This document shows positions 20,147-30,418 of a DNA stretch of 49,314 nucleotides, piece after piece (the first letter of the stretch is position 1; every line of letters begins with the position of its first letter). The translations under genes and the position numbers were made by a program. The DNA comes from a virus (Duplodnaviria > Caudoviricetes). The notes beneath the pieces were generated by a model. It did no database searches. It saw only the letters and a list, made by a program, of their open reading frames with translations, and was not told the DNA's origin. The stretch lies in IMG/VR virus record IMGVR_UViG_3300049205_000009, positions 1-49,314 of that record. One strand, written 5' to 3'.

Positions 20147-22287
20147 TATGGGTTAGCTATAGTTGTTATTGTTCCTGAAGAACCTCTAAATTTTAAAGCT
20201 CCTCCTTGTACATAAAAGAATCCTCCACCAGTTGGGTTACTTGTAGGTGCAGTAGTTAAATTTGCAATGTAAATATGTCCTTGACCGCCTGCTATTTGGA
20301 ATGCTCCATTAAGACCAAGACCCTCTTGATAATATAACTCAGTTGGTCCATTACTAGTAGTAATAAGAGTTAAACTCTCATTTATAAGATGTATCTCACT
20401 ATCAGAGTGAACTTCAAAGTTACCTACCTTATCTCCCGCATCGCCAAATACTATATTGAGACCTGTACCATCTATAAGACAGTTACCCGTTAAAGTAGTA
20501 GTACCAGTTACAGCCCATCCACCTCCTGTACCTATTACATCTTTCCATGTACCACCCTCGTTAGCACGGAATTTATTAGTCGTTGCATTATATTGAATTA
20601 AACCTTCAGTAGCTTCTTCTGCGTATATTCCATTGTAGGTTAGGTTTACAGCTTTATAAAAACTAGCTGTTTCAATTACTTCGAATTGTCCTGCAAAGCT
20701 AGCATCTTCATTAACTGTTAAATTTGCTAATGTAGCTAAACTACCTGAAGCAATTATATTTAAGTCAGCACTAAGGTTAAGTGTTCCACCTACCAATTGC
20801 ATTAATCCACCAGTACTATCTTCAACCTGAAATATTGCAGGAGCCTCAATTAAAAATGTACCACCTGATGGCATCGTAATAGTAATATCACTTCCATCAA
20901 GTAAGAAATCAGCAGAACCTAATGAACCATCAATATGGAATGATGGTGTGGAAAAGGTAGTACCAGTATTATTTGATACAGTAAAGAAATCAGACGAATC
21001 AAAAGCTATTGCAGTACCAGCATTACAAATAAAATCTTGCCCAGCTTGCACATTAACATTACCAGTTGCAGTACCAAGACTAAAATCCGCAACAGATGCC
21101 ATATTAATACCTACAGTATTATCATCTATAAGTATATACGATCCTATAACTCCACTGGATGCTGTTCCTATTGTAAGAGTACCTGCTGAATCTGTATCGG
21201 CATAGATACCTATGTTAACGAGTGGGTTAGCTACAGTACCTAAGTTAAGATCAAATGCTCCTATAATGGTTGTATTATTAACTAGTGTACCACCAAGTTT
21301 AACTGTAGTAGTATCAGCAGTTAATCCATTAGTAACAGATAGATACGCAGGAGCAGTACCAACACCAGCAGAACCAAGAACTGATCCAGTAGCAACTGCT
21401 GCACGTTTAGCTAAAGTGGATGTGGTATTAGCATACAATATATCACCAACTGCATATGATGTAAATCCTGTACCTCCTTTATTAGCTGCAACTGTAGCTA
21501 AGGTAGTTGCAATGGATGTAGCACCTGAACCAGTAACAGCACCAGTAAGTGTAATAGTTTGGTTAGCAGTAAGGAATGTAGAATTATCGAATGTCCAAGC
21601 AGAGCCAGAATACTTTAAGAAACCAGTAGCAAGTGTAATAGTTTTATTCCTAATAGCTGTTACAGTTGCAGCACCTGCATTTGTAAGTGAGAAGTCACCA
21701 GATACAGCAACTCCTGTGGCTACGTTAGATACATTACCAACAAAGATTCTACCATCAGTAAGAGCTGTAGAAAGAGCATCCGTAATACCATAATGAGCTA
21801 AAGTTGTTCCTGCGAGAACCAGTGTACCGTTAGTATTAGGTAAGGTATAGGTTCTAGTTGTAGCAGTAGTAATACTAGCTGCTGAAAATATAGCTAATTT
21901 AGTATTATCTGCTGCATTCTTAACTAATGCTGCTGCATCAGAAAAAGGCGTTGATGCACCTGATGCACCAATAAGATCAGTAGCTGCACCATTCTGATAA
22001 GCTCTAAATTTATTAAGAGATGAATCATACCAGATATCACCATTAACTAAGGCAGATGGTTCACCAGAAGTAGGTACTATATTGATAGCACCAGTAGTAG
22101 CTGTTTGTGTAAAGCTTTGCTTAGCTGTAAATGTCTTAGCAATGGTAAGTAAATACTCTCTATTGAGTAAATCTCTACCACTAGCTATATTAGCCTCATA
22201 TCCAGTAGGCACACGAAAGACACCTGTACCTTTAGGTACTATATCTATATTAATATTCGTTGCTGAACCTTTAGCTGCTATCCTCAT
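20146..22287 (-). CDS. Tail fibre protein, 713 aa
   Basis: Thr/Gly/Ala-rich. NIDIVPKGTG, GDIWYD..LNKFR, RTYTLP..NGTL, KGGTG.TSYAVGDILYA and PTGGGFFYVQGGALKFRGSSGTIT fibre motifs. Confidence 0.8.
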   Translation of the reverse strand: MRIAAKGSATNINIDIVPKGTGVFRVPTGYEANIASGRDLLNREYLLTIAKTFTAKQSFTQTATTGAINIVPTSGEPSALVNGDIWYDSSLNKFRAYQNGAATDLIGASGASTPFSDAAALVKNAADNTKLAIFSAASITTATTRTYTLPNTNGTLVLAGTTLAHYGITDALSTALTDGRIFVGNVSNVATGVAVSGDFSLTNAGAATVTAIRNKTITLATGFLKYSGSAWTFDNSTFLTANQTITLTGAVTGSGATSIATTLATVAANKGGTGFTSYAVGDILYANTTSTLAKRAAVATGSVLGSAGVGTAPAYLSVTNGLTADTTTVKLGGTLVNNTTIIGAFDLNLGTVANPLVNIGIYADTDSAGTLTIGTASSGVIGSYILIDDNTVGINMASVADFSLGTATGNVNVQAGQDFICNAGTAIAFDSSDFFTVSNNTGTTFSTPSFHIDGSLGSADFLLDGSDITITMPSGGTFLIEAPAIFQVEDSTGGLMQLVGGTLNLSADLNIIASGSLATLANLTVNEDASFAGQFEVIETASFYKAVNLTYNGIYAEEATEGLIQYNATTNKFRANEGGTWKDVIGTGGGWAVTGTTTLTGNCLIDGTGLNIVFGDAGDKVGNFEVHSDSEIHLINESLTLITTSNGPTELYYQEGLGLNGAFQIAGGQGHIYIANLTTAPTSNPTGGGFFYVQGGALKFRGSSGTITTIANP

Positions 22288-23819
22288 TACGTAGAAATTA
22301 TTCGTCTAAGTCCTCTTACAATCCAATCGTTTGATGTTGCTGTAGCTCTGAGTCTAATATTACCACCAGATACATCTACATCTAATTCAACATCTACAGT
22401 TCCAATATCATCTGAAGTATCTACTGCCACAGTGTTAGAACCATTAAGTCCTGCTATAATAGTACCACTTCTTGAATTAGCACCCTTCACAATGTGATAC
22501 TCCCATTCAACTCTTGATGCAAGTGAAGTAGCTACTGTATCAACATCTTCAGTACCAATATCAACATCCAGATTAGAGAATGGAAACTCATTAGAGTCAG
22601 GGAGTGATGCTTGAAGATTTATATCCCATATAGAATATGTACCAGCACCAATTGTTGTATCCACATCAACAGTAATCTGACCAGTGGTAGGATTGTATGT
22701 TACCACATAACCTTCCATCATTTTAGTAGGATCACCATCAACAGCTATAACTACACGTTGTCCTGTAGAATAAGCTAAATCTTGATTAACTATTAATATC
22801 TGATTACCAGTACCAATAGTTAATGAAGTTGTTGAAGTAGTAGACCATCTGTCTCCATCACCTTTATACTTTGTCCATAAAGCTGAGAAGGAAGCAGACG
22901 ATACTGTGGTTCCAATAGCTGTTACTGAAGCCAGTACTGCTATGTATGGTTTATTAGCATTAAATGCTGAAAGAGCCGCTGTATCATCATTAGATGTAAC
23001 TAGAATATATCCTGAGCCGGTAGCATCATCTGCATATGCTACATAGATGTAGGCATTAACACCATCAACTCCGTTAGTTCCATCTGCACCATCAACACCA
23101 TCCGTTCCATTAATACCATCAGAACCATCAGCACCAATTAAATCAGTTCCTAATCCCCAGTTACCCGTAGTCTTAGGTCCGAATATCTGCCATGTAGTTC
23201 TGTTTATAAAGAAATCACCATCAACGCCTACAGCACCAGTAGGATTGACTGTATCAGTTAATATAGTTTTACCGTCAGTACCATTCGTACCATTGGTACC
23301 ATTTGTACCGTTAGTTCCTGCTGCGCCAGTAGAACCATCAAGATTCATTGTTTGCCATTGAGAACCATCCCATACACGAGTACGAAGAAGTACAGTATCT
23401 CTATAAGCTTGATTGAGTGTTGGAGTTAAAGGAGCAGAAGCAAATGATCCTAGGAATTCTATTGATACTCCGTCAGTACCGTCTACTCCGTCTGCACCAT
23501 CATTACCTGCTGGTCCTACTGGACCTGCTGGACCTTGATTAGTGATAACAGGATCAGGTTGATTGACTGTAGGATAACCAGTAGTATCGTATATTTCGAG
23601 GAGTTCAACTAGACAAGAATAAAGCGCATTGGCTTCGTCGTCTTCAAGATAATCTACATTAGCAAGTGAATGTAGTATTGGTAATATTTTATAAACTTTT
23701 TCCCAATCTTTAGTAACGTTCGTCCCTTTCGGAGCCTTTGTGACTACTATTTCATAAATTAGTTCAGCAAAGTCTGTTAAGCCTGCTGAATATATGTCTG
23801 CTCCATTCGGGTTTAACAT
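22287..23819 (-). CDS. Collagen-like fibre protein with helical hub-type N-terminus, 510 aa
   Basis: Several Gly-X-Y tracts (GPAGPVGPAGNDGADGVDG, GTNGTNGTNG), plus GVDGDFFIN...IFGPK and YIYVAYADDATG fibre motifs. Confidence 0.8.
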   Translation of the reverse strand: MLNPNGADIYSAGLTDFAELIYEIVVTKAPKGTNVTKDWEKVYKILPILHSLANVDYLEDDEANALYSCLVELLEIYDTTGYPTVNQPDPVITNQGPAGPVGPAGNDGADGVDGTDGVSIEFLGSFASAPLTPTLNQAYRDTVLLRTRVWDGSQWQTMNLDGSTGAAGTNGTNGTNGTNGTDGKTILTDTVNPTGAVGVDGDFFINRTTWQIFGPKTTGNWGLGTDLIGADGSDGINGTDGVDGADGTNGVDGVNAYIYVAYADDATGSGYILVTSNDDTAALSAFNANKPYIAVLASVTAIGTTVSSASFSALWTKYKGDGDRWSTTSTTSLTIGTGNQILIVNQDLAYSTGQRVVIAVDGDPTKMMEGYVVTYNPTTGQITVDVDTTIGAGTYSIWDINLQASLPDSNEFPFSNLDVDIGTEDVDTVATSLASRVEWEYHIVKGANSRSGTIIAGLNGSNTVAVDTSDDIGTVDVELDVDVSGGNIRLRATATSNDWIVRGLRRIIST

Positions 23820-24472
23820 GATTCACAGTATGTTTCAAGTTTACGTGCTATTGCTTCAGCTTTATTAAATAATGATATCGCAGCGAATCTCTCTGCTGCA
23901 TATACAAGTGCATCTTTTTGTAACCATGATGCCATAAGTTCTACCTTCTTACATGATCCACAATCTTCATCCTTAGACCATGCTGCCACTGCTTCACCTG
24001 CACACTTCTTACCATGTTCAATAACTAGATAATCTTTGTAACCTGTAATAACATTGTTAGCATCATCTACAGTTGCATCATTGAATTCAACTTCAGTAAA
24101 ATAAGTAGTATTAGTTGGTAAATTTCCAGTAGAAGAAGCAATCGCTCTATATACATTACCATTAGTATAATATACTACCTGTCCAGTAGTATATGCAGTA
24201 AGTATATTCCAATTAGGAATAATATACTGTCTTACTTTATACCAACCATCTTCATCTGATTCGAATGTCCATGTTGTAGCAGAATCAGGAGCTGTGTTGG
24301 TAATAGTAATGGCTGTAGATTCACTATCAGCATCCATCTTCCATCCTTCTATAAATACCGCTACAGCATCACGCAAAGGATTAGCTCCACCATATACCAC
24401 TGCATCAGTGATAGTTGCTGTGTCGGCATCGGAAGAAAAGGAAAGTGCAGAAAGTGCAGATACTAAAGCCAT
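23813..24472 (-). CDS. Tail hub-like protein with a CBM5/12-like insert
   Basis: WNILTAYTTGQVVYYTNGNVYRA is a chitin-binding-type motif. Cys-rich helical C-terminus (CGSC...YCESC) resembles crAss hub proteins. Confidence 0.6.
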   Translation of the reverse strand: MALVSALSALSFSSDADTATITDAVVYGGANPLRDAVAVFIEGWKMDADSESTAITITNTAPDSATTWTFESDEDGWYKVRQYIIPNWNILTAYTTGQVVYYTNGNVYRAIASSTGNLPTNTTYFTEVEFNDATVDDANNVITGYKDYLVIEHGKKCAGEAVAAWSKDEDCGSCKKVELMASWLQKDALVYAAERFAAISLFNKAEAIARKLETYCESC

Positions 24473-24491
24473 GTTGAGTTTAGTTTAAAAA

Positions 24492-24533
24492 ATAGAGTCC
24501 CAAGAAGCCGTGAGATTATGCTAGGGACTCTAT
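24492..24533 (-). terminator. Hairpin/terminator after the auxiliary capsid gene
   Basis: ATAGAGTCCC (24492-24501) pairs with GGGACTCTAT (24524-24533) and is followed by a T-run on the minus strand. Confidence 0.6.
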
Positions 24534-24547
24534 GAAAAGTTTAGAAA

Positions 24548-25774
24548 TTAGATAGCAGCAGTGATGGTATCAAGTGCAGTATTTACAGTCGTAGCAGACG
24601 CATGGTTTGCTATGATCACATAAATTGGTACACCTATTGATCCGTCCATACCTGATTTGTCTTTATTCTGATTGATAGTTGTGATATTATACATATCATA
24701 AGTAGCAGTAGAATCAGCGTACAGAGTAGGAGTTCCATATGTTGCATACGGACCTACTTTGTTCCAAGAACCACGTGAAGCTCCGGTAAAATCTTTCTCA
24801 AGCTGTGATACTTGAGCATAAGTTCCAGAACCAGGGTTAAATGGAGTAGTATACGTAATTGTAGCATCCTCGATTGATCCGCCAACAGCAAGTCTAAAAT
24901 GCTTACCATCAGATGCAGAAGTCAAACGAACACCAGCCTCAGTGATAGAAGCAACTTTCTTAAGTCTAGTGCCTTCACCTTCAGCTTCAGTCAAAGTCTG
25001 AGTTGTTCCTTCAAAAGCGCGATCAAGCGTGAAAGATACACCAGCAGAAATTGCTGTTACTTTATACACAACACCATTGGCGTTAGTAGGAGTAGCAGAA
25101 GCATTGAACTTAATATAGTCACCAACAGCTACGTCAATAGTAGGAGTTGTTCCACCAAGAGTAACTACTCTAGAACCATTTGTAAAGGTTACAGTAGGAG
25201 TTGTACCAGTGATTGCATAGTTAGATAAAGTACCATCAGATACTACTTCAGCAACTACGAAATCAGAAGTCTGAGTTGCAAAAGCAACGTTGTTGATTTC
25301 ATAAGCCAATTCAGCAGCGATGTCTACATCAGTCTGAGAAGCATCCAAGATAGCAGTATAAGTCTGCTTAGGAAATACTTGACGACCAACAGTAGTTTCG
25401 ATGATCTTAATGAGTGCTTCATCATCATTAGCGATAGATGGAGTTGCAAGTGATCCAGTTGAGCCATTATAGCCAACATAGGATACCTGACGTACAGGTG
25501 CAGTATAATCCTTGTTATACTTAGTCTTCAAAGTAGAACGCTTGTCAAGAATCGGAGTAACAATACATCCGGTTGATGTTCCTTGTGCAATGAAGAAACG
25601 AGTTGCTGTGGACATACCAGTGCCAGCAGCAGGAATAAGGGTTCCGGTTTCAGTATAGAAACCGATAGCTCCATCTTTCAGGAGTTCAGGTGACGTTGCT
25701 GTATCAGCAGTCGTAGAGGCTTTTGAAGCCGCGTAATTGACGTTTTTGCCAATTAGAATTTGATTTTGTGCCAT
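24548..25774 (-). CDS. Auxiliary capsid (decoration) protein, 408 aa
   Basis: YTAPVRQVSYVG and PFNPGSGTYAQVSQLE...YDMYNI motifs, highly expressed-type codon bias, and crAss synteny after the MCP. Confidence 0.7.
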   Translation of the reverse strand: MAQNQILIGKNVNYAASKASTTADTATSPELLKDGAIGFYTETGTLIPAAGTGMSTATRFFIAQGTSTGCIVTPILDKRSTLKTKYNKDYTAPVRQVSYVGYNGSTGSLATPSIANDDEALIKIIETTVGRQVFPKQTYTAILDASQTDVDIAAELAYEINNVAFATQTSDFVVAEVVSDGTLSNYAITGTTPTVTFTNGSRVVTLGGTTPTIDVAVGDYIKFNASATPTNANGVVYKVTAISAGVSFTLDRAFEGTTQTLTEAEGEGTRLKKVASITEAGVRLTSASDGKHFRLAVGGSIEDATITYTTPFNPGSGTYAQVSQLEKDFTGASRGSWNKVGPYATYGTPTLYADSTATYDMYNITTINQNKDKSGMDGSIGVPIYVIIANHASATTVNTALDTITAAI

Positions 25775-25796
25775 TGTTTATGAGAAAGTTAAAAGT

Positions 25797-26888
25797 TTAG
25801 TCTCGTTGCTGATTTTCAAGTGTTAAAGCTTGGTAACCTTGTGATTCTATAGTTGCTGATAGGTATTCCACTGTCATATCTATAATCTTCTCAAGTGCTC
25901 TAATATCCTGAATTTCGTAGCTCTGGTTCAAAGGTAGACTCATTCTCCGAGGTTTCCTAATATATTTCAAAGTCAGACCTTTTAATATAAACCTTTCGTC
26001 AATATAAATCTCTATTTTGTTAGTTTTGATATTAATTATAGGAGATTCAGGAGCAGATTTACCAAAGGGGTTCTGTTGTATATGATAAGTCTCCTCATTT
26101 GATAACAATCTACAGTTTGTAAATGATTCTGCAAAGCTTCCTGTAGCTGTTGTAGGTCTAGTATACACAGTTGATGTAAATGAACCTGTACCAGTTGCTG
26201 AAGTATAATATTGAACCTTCATTGATTGAGAGGCATAGGTAGCACTAGTGCTTACGAATATAAAACTATCAGGAGCATAAGTATCTCTATAATATTGCCA
26301 GTATACTTTAATGTCTGTTTGAGTTCTATTAATTTCCTGAGTGATAAGATTAATCACTGTAAATATCTCTTCTATATCAGACAGAGAGCTAGCATAATCA
26401 GAAAATGTGAATATAGCTGTATCTACTGTTGCTATTGTTTTATAAACAATTGTATTAGCAAAAGGATTACCAGTATATCCTACAAAATTAGAAGCTTTAA
26501 ATGGAACTATAGATACGTACTCTGTAATATTAGCATTAGTAGGTACTACAGCATCATTAGTACATGATGCAAGAATATTAGCTTCAGCCTCTACAAATGA
26601 TAAATAATTAAATGGGAGTAATGAATATTGTCTACGGTTAGTTGTTTGATTAAAAACAGTAATAGAACTTTCGGTAATAAGCTCTTGAATAGTGGAAAGT
26701 CTTGTTATATTATCCTCAAAGCCTGCTTGCTTAGGATCATTTCGTCTAGTGGTCTTCTCAGTAATATACTGATCCCCCATACGATTAAACACATAATCAA
26801 TGTATTCTGCTTTGATATTATCATAAGCAAAAGACCCCAGCTTTTGCAAACCGAGGTCTACTGCTATGTGTATTTCTCTTGGAGTCAT
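25797..26888 (-). CDS. Neck ring protein, 363 aa
   Basis: MTPREIH..VDLGLQK...GFED...LP.NYL...NPF...YIRKP...KIIDMTV pattern of crAss ring proteins. Confidence 0.75.
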   Translation of the reverse strand: MTPREIHIAVDLGLQKLGSFAYDNIKAEYIDYVFNRMGDQYITEKTTRRNDPKQAGFEDNITRLSTIQELITESSITVFNQTTNRRQYSLLPFNYLSFVEAEANILASCTNDAVVPTNANITEYVSIVPFKASNFVGYTGNPFANTIVYKTIATVDTAIFTFSDYASSLSDIEEIFTVINLITQEINRTQTDIKVYWQYYRDTYAPDSFIFVSTSATYASQSMKVQYYTSATGTGSFTSTVYTRPTTATGSFAESFTNCRLLSNEETYHIQQNPFGKSAPESPIINIKTNKIEIYIDERFILKGLTLKYIRKPRRMSLPLNQSYEIQDIRALEKIIDMTVEYLSATIESQGYQALTLENQQRD

Positions 26889-26891
26889 TTA

Positions 26892-27722
26892 TTATTTAGT
26901 AAGTGTCCATTGTGAGAGCTTACCCTCGGCTGACACTCGTACTTTAGAACCCTCTTTAGATTTTAAGTACGCTACAGCAGAAGACATATCATCACCTAAG
27001 ATTTCATCCTCATATATAACTCTTGTTCCTGATTCCTTAAATACACCTGCATTGATACAACGATACACAAAGCTCTTAATAGCTAATTTATCGTCTTCAA
27101 CTGCTTTAACAAATTCTACAGGTTTTTTAGTTGATTCAGATTCAAGAATAAGTTTCTTATCATCCGAGCTTAAAATTGCTGGGTTACGATATGAAGTCAA
27201 TACAGAAAGTACATCATCCATACGCTTTTCATCTTGGATAAGTTCAAGATACTTAAGCTTAGCTTTATTTCTAAGATCAAGTTCACTAGCCTTCTTAAGA
27301 GTAGAGCTTACTGGATCATGAATATAAAACAGTGCATAGGGGTTGGCATCTACATTTTCCTCTGGTGCTACATTTCTGTGAGCTTTAGCAAATTTATACT
27401 TTGCATAATCCATAGGAGCAACTGGATAGCCATTAGCATCAAGACCTACATTTAACTTAATCCCCATTCCAGGAGGAATTGGAATTGTAATATTACACCA
27501 AAATGCTTCACAAGCTTTGGAGAATTGTGGATCAGATACTGAGATACCTATAATCTCTGGCATAATTTTCTTCTCTTCTTCTCCTGTAATGCCTTTCAGG
27601 ATTTGACCAAACTTATTATACGAAGCTCCAATAGGTCTTTTTGAATCCATTAGAAGGTCTTTCGGTAATCTTGTTTTATCATTCTTTTCGACTCTGCGAA
27701 TGTAAACGATTCTCTCTTGCAT
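26892..27722 (-). CDS. Conserved crAss capsid-block protein downstream of the MCP, 276 aa
   Basis: P..PMDY.KY.FA..H..VA...FYIHDP and ILGDDMSSAVAYL motifs, in conserved synteny. Confidence 0.65.
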   Translation of the reverse strand: MQERIVYIRRVEKNDKTRLPKDLLMDSKRPIGASYNKFGQILKGITGEEEKKIMPEIIGISVSDPQFSKACEAFWCNITIPIPPGMGIKLNVGLDANGYPVAPMDYAKYKFAKAHRNVAPEENVDANPYALFYIHDPVSSTLKKASELDLRNKAKLKYLELIQDEKRMDDVLSVLTSYRNPAILSSDDKKLILESESTKKPVEFVKAVEDDKLAIKSFVYRCINAGVFKESGTRVIYEDEILGDDMSSAVAYLKSKEGSKVRVSAEGKLSQWTLTK

Positions 27723-27756
27723 GGTATTTTCTATTTTTTAGTTTTGAATAAAGGGA

Positions 27757-27799
27757 GGTGGACAGATGTAACAGCTTTTAGGAGTTAAGTCCATCCACC
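27757..27799 (-). terminator. Hairpin after the major capsid gene
   Basis: GGTGGA (27757-27762) pairs with TCCACC (27794-27799) in the intergenic gap, followed by pyrimidines on the minus strand. Confidence 0.45.
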
Positions 27800-27813
27800 G
27801 GATACCTTTATGA

Positions 27814-29259
27814 TTAGCTAATTGTACACTCAGCGTGCAAGCAATTAGTTGCTCTCCGGATGTTAATACCAGAAGCTTTCATGAAGTGAACGGATGCACC
27901 GTCAATATCAGAAGCTCTAAGAGCGTTTCCATCAAATCCTTTAGGAATTGTGGCACCAGCAACTGCCCAACGCAACATCTCACGACCTTTTTGAGTGATC
28001 ATTTGAACGTTAGGTTCTCCATCATAGCTAGACATATCTAAGAAGATCATGCGATAGCTTTCAAGAGGAAGACCTGTTACAGGGTGCTTATCAGACTTGA
28101 GTGCTCTTACACCATGGTCAAGCAAAGGAAGGTGACGTACAGTAATTACGTGACCATCAATATGCTGATAGCTAGTGAAGAAACCGCCAAGTTGCAAATT
28201 ACGTCCAGAACCTGTTACAAACTTGTTATCAGACAGTTTGATATAGGTTTGAGCAGAAAGCTCAGACTTCATTGCATTATCAAATTCTTCCAATCCACCA
28301 AGACCTGTGAACAGAGTCACATTCATGTCTGTAGCATCAGAAGCTCCGAACAGAGAATCTCTAACAAACTCTTTCAACTTAGTCGCTGTAAGGCGAGCAT
28401 AAGTAGTATAGTTAGGAATCTGCTCAAGTACACCAGAACCAACTGGGATTACTTTACCATTATCACCGAAGTCAGAGATTGCGCCTTCGAACTTATTGTA
28501 CCGTGAGTACCAATAGTTAGTTTCACATTCTTCCTTCCAGCGAAGCATATGTTGGAATTCCTCAAAATCCATCCACAGTCTAGTTGAACCACCGGGAAGT
28601 GGAAGTTCCACGTTAACGGTTTTGTTGTTCATGTTACCTTCGTAACGATAAGACTTACGGATATGAGTGATTTGATTCCTCATACGGCTAGGTGCCATCC
28701 AGGTTGACTCATTACCTCTTGAACCAGAAGCGGTTACAGGAGCAAACAATTGTGCCCAGAGTTTACCAGCTTCTAACTCACTTGGAGTTACATAGTCAGT
28801 TTCTCTAGCGCCAAATAGCTTAAGAGTATATACCCAATAGTTACCTTCTTGGTATGGATCGTCAACGATTTTACATTGAAAATCAGAAGATGGAGATTCA
28901 ATCAAGTAGTCCTTTACGAACCAACGTTCTTGAAACTTTACTCTGAAAGAGGTTCTACCTACACCTGGTTTGTCAGATGTGATATAGTCAGTTGTAGCAA
29001 CAGCTACAGCTTTGTTCAATCGACCGATTACTGGGTAATCATATTCGATATCATTAATTGCGCGAACCCTATTCATACCTTCAGTAAGGAATGACAGAGG
29101 GAAGCGTTTGTCTTCACGTCCTGCAAGGTGAGTAATTACTGGTGAAAGCAGATCAGGTTGAGTAAGCAATGCCGCAGCAAGGCTGTTCTCATCTGTCATA
29201 CCGTCAGCATTAAATACATCTTGATAAAGACGTAACTTTGAAATGTTTTCAGCCGCCAT
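27814..29259 (-). CDS. Major capsid protein (crAss-like HK97 fold), 481 aa
   Basis: FPLSFLTEG, MRNQITHIRKSY, WKEECE..YWY, GSGVLEQI, LFTGLGG..EF, F..Y.HIDGHVITV...PLLD and HPVTGLPLESYR motifs of Crassvirales MCP. Confidence 0.93.
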   Translation of the reverse strand: MAAENISKLRLYQDVFNADGMTDENSLAAALLTQPDLLSPVITHLAGREDKRFPLSFLTEGMNRVRAINDIEYDYPVIGRLNKAVAVATTDYITSDKPGVGRTSFRVKFQERWFVKDYLIESPSSDFQCKIVDDPYQEGNYWVYTLKLFGARETDYVTPSELEAGKLWAQLFAPVTASGSRGNESTWMAPSRMRNQITHIRKSYRYEGNMNNKTVNVELPLPGGSTRLWMDFEEFQHMLRWKEECETNYWYSRYNKFEGAISDFGDNGKVIPVGSGVLEQIPNYTTYARLTATKLKEFVRDSLFGASDATDMNVTLFTGLGGLEEFDNAMKSELSAQTYIKLSDNKFVTGSGRNLQLGGFFTSYQHIDGHVITVRHLPLLDHGVRALKSDKHPVTGLPLESYRMIFLDMSSYDGEPNVQMITQKGREMLRWAVAGATIPKGFDGNALRASDIDGASVHFMKASGINIRRATNCLHAECTIS

Positions 29260-29295
29260 GAGTTTTTAGTTTAAAATTTATAAGTCAGAAAGTTA

Positions 29296-30339
29296 TTATA
29301 ATCCTATATCAGAAAGTTTGATACCTTCAAGAGCATTCTTTTTAGGTGTCGTTTTAGATACGCCTGTACCAGATAATCTGGACCCTTTAGTACCTATTCC
29401 TTTCTTTAGAAAGTCAATCTTAGTTTGTGTTGCTTCTTTCCTAACCAAGTCCTTTAGATCAAATCCTTTGAAAACTAAATACTCAAGTTCAAGTTTCTGC
29501 GCGAGTTCAAGTTTGTTCATTGCTGCTTGACGTCTAGTTTGACCCTTACCGTCTGCTTGTAGCAACCAAGCTCTAAACTCTTTTCTATCTTTTTCAGGAA
29601 TCACTAGATTGTGAAGTGATCCTTTTTCAATTACGTGTGATATCTCAGCGACTACTTCTTGACGTTCGATTTCCTGCTTCCTTGCTGTCTCAGCTTGCTT
29701 AGCAGTAATTTCTTCACGTCTACTACGTTGAGAATCTATAAGTCTATCGGAAGCTCTCTTTGCTGTCTTATACAGTAATCCTGTTTCCTTATAGTCTTTA
29801 ATGGCTTCGTTAATCTCTTCATCACTAAATCCCTGTAGACCTAAATGTTTACGAACAATTACTTCTTGTGTAGTTTCGTCTTTTTCATCTACAGTATACT
29901 TAGAATAATCTACGTCACCATACTTTGCTTCAAAATACTTAGCCGGATCGCCATTGTTTAACCTAAACTGTAAATACTCCTTTACATCAGGGAAACTCTC
30001 AAATAAGTCTTTAATCTCATCTTGAGCGATTCTTTCGGCTATTGCTTTAGTATATTCAGCCACTCCCTCTACTGATTCATCAAATTCACCTTCTACTTCG
30101 TAGCCTATGATCTTTTTTAAATCTTCATAGAATGAGCCTTCTGAACCTTCTCCATCAGGAGTATTTGATCCATCAGTTGAATCATTAGTTGTAGTGGTAT
30201 CTACCGGTTCGTCCAGTTCGTCTGGTTTTGCGGGAATAACTACTTCATCTTTCTTTATTGGTTGAGGTGTATTTGGACCATTTCCGGTAACTATATCCTC
30301 AAAGGAGACCTTTCTTAGGTCAAATTTAGCTTCTGACAT
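29296..30339 (-). CDS. Putative capsid scaffolding protein, 347 aa
   Basis: Acidic disordered N-terminus followed by coiled coil, located between portal and MCP. Confidence 0.65.
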   Translation of the reverse strand: MSEAKFDLRKVSFEDIVTGNGPNTPQPIKKDEVVIPAKPDELDEPVDTTTTNDSTDGSNTPDGEGSEGSFYEDLKKIIGYEVEGEFDESVEGVAEYTKAIAERIAQDEIKDLFESFPDVKEYLQFRLNNGDPAKYFEAKYGDVDYSKYTVDEKDETTQEVIVRKHLGLQGFSDEEINEAIKDYKETGLLYKTAKRASDRLIDSQRSRREEITAKQAETARKQEIERQEVVAEISHVIEKGSLHNLVIPEKDRKEFRAWLLQADGKGQTRRQAAMNKLELAQKLELEYLVFKGFDLKDLVRKEATQTKIDFLKKGIGTKGSRLSGTGVSKTTPKKNALEGIKLSDIGL

Positions 30340-30418
30340 GTTTTGTTTTCTTTAATTCCTGTAAAATTAGACTTATATAATGTAATATAAAATACCAATA
30401 TAAAACCGTTACTTATAT

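Noticed and set aside
23080-23535. 9-bp periodic DNA repeats
   Set aside because: They are explained by Gly-X-Y collagen coding and are not a CRISPR array or satellite.
16536-24472. Diversity-generating retroelement targeting the fibres
   Set aside because: No reverse transcriptase is in the window and no template/variable repeat pair was noticed.
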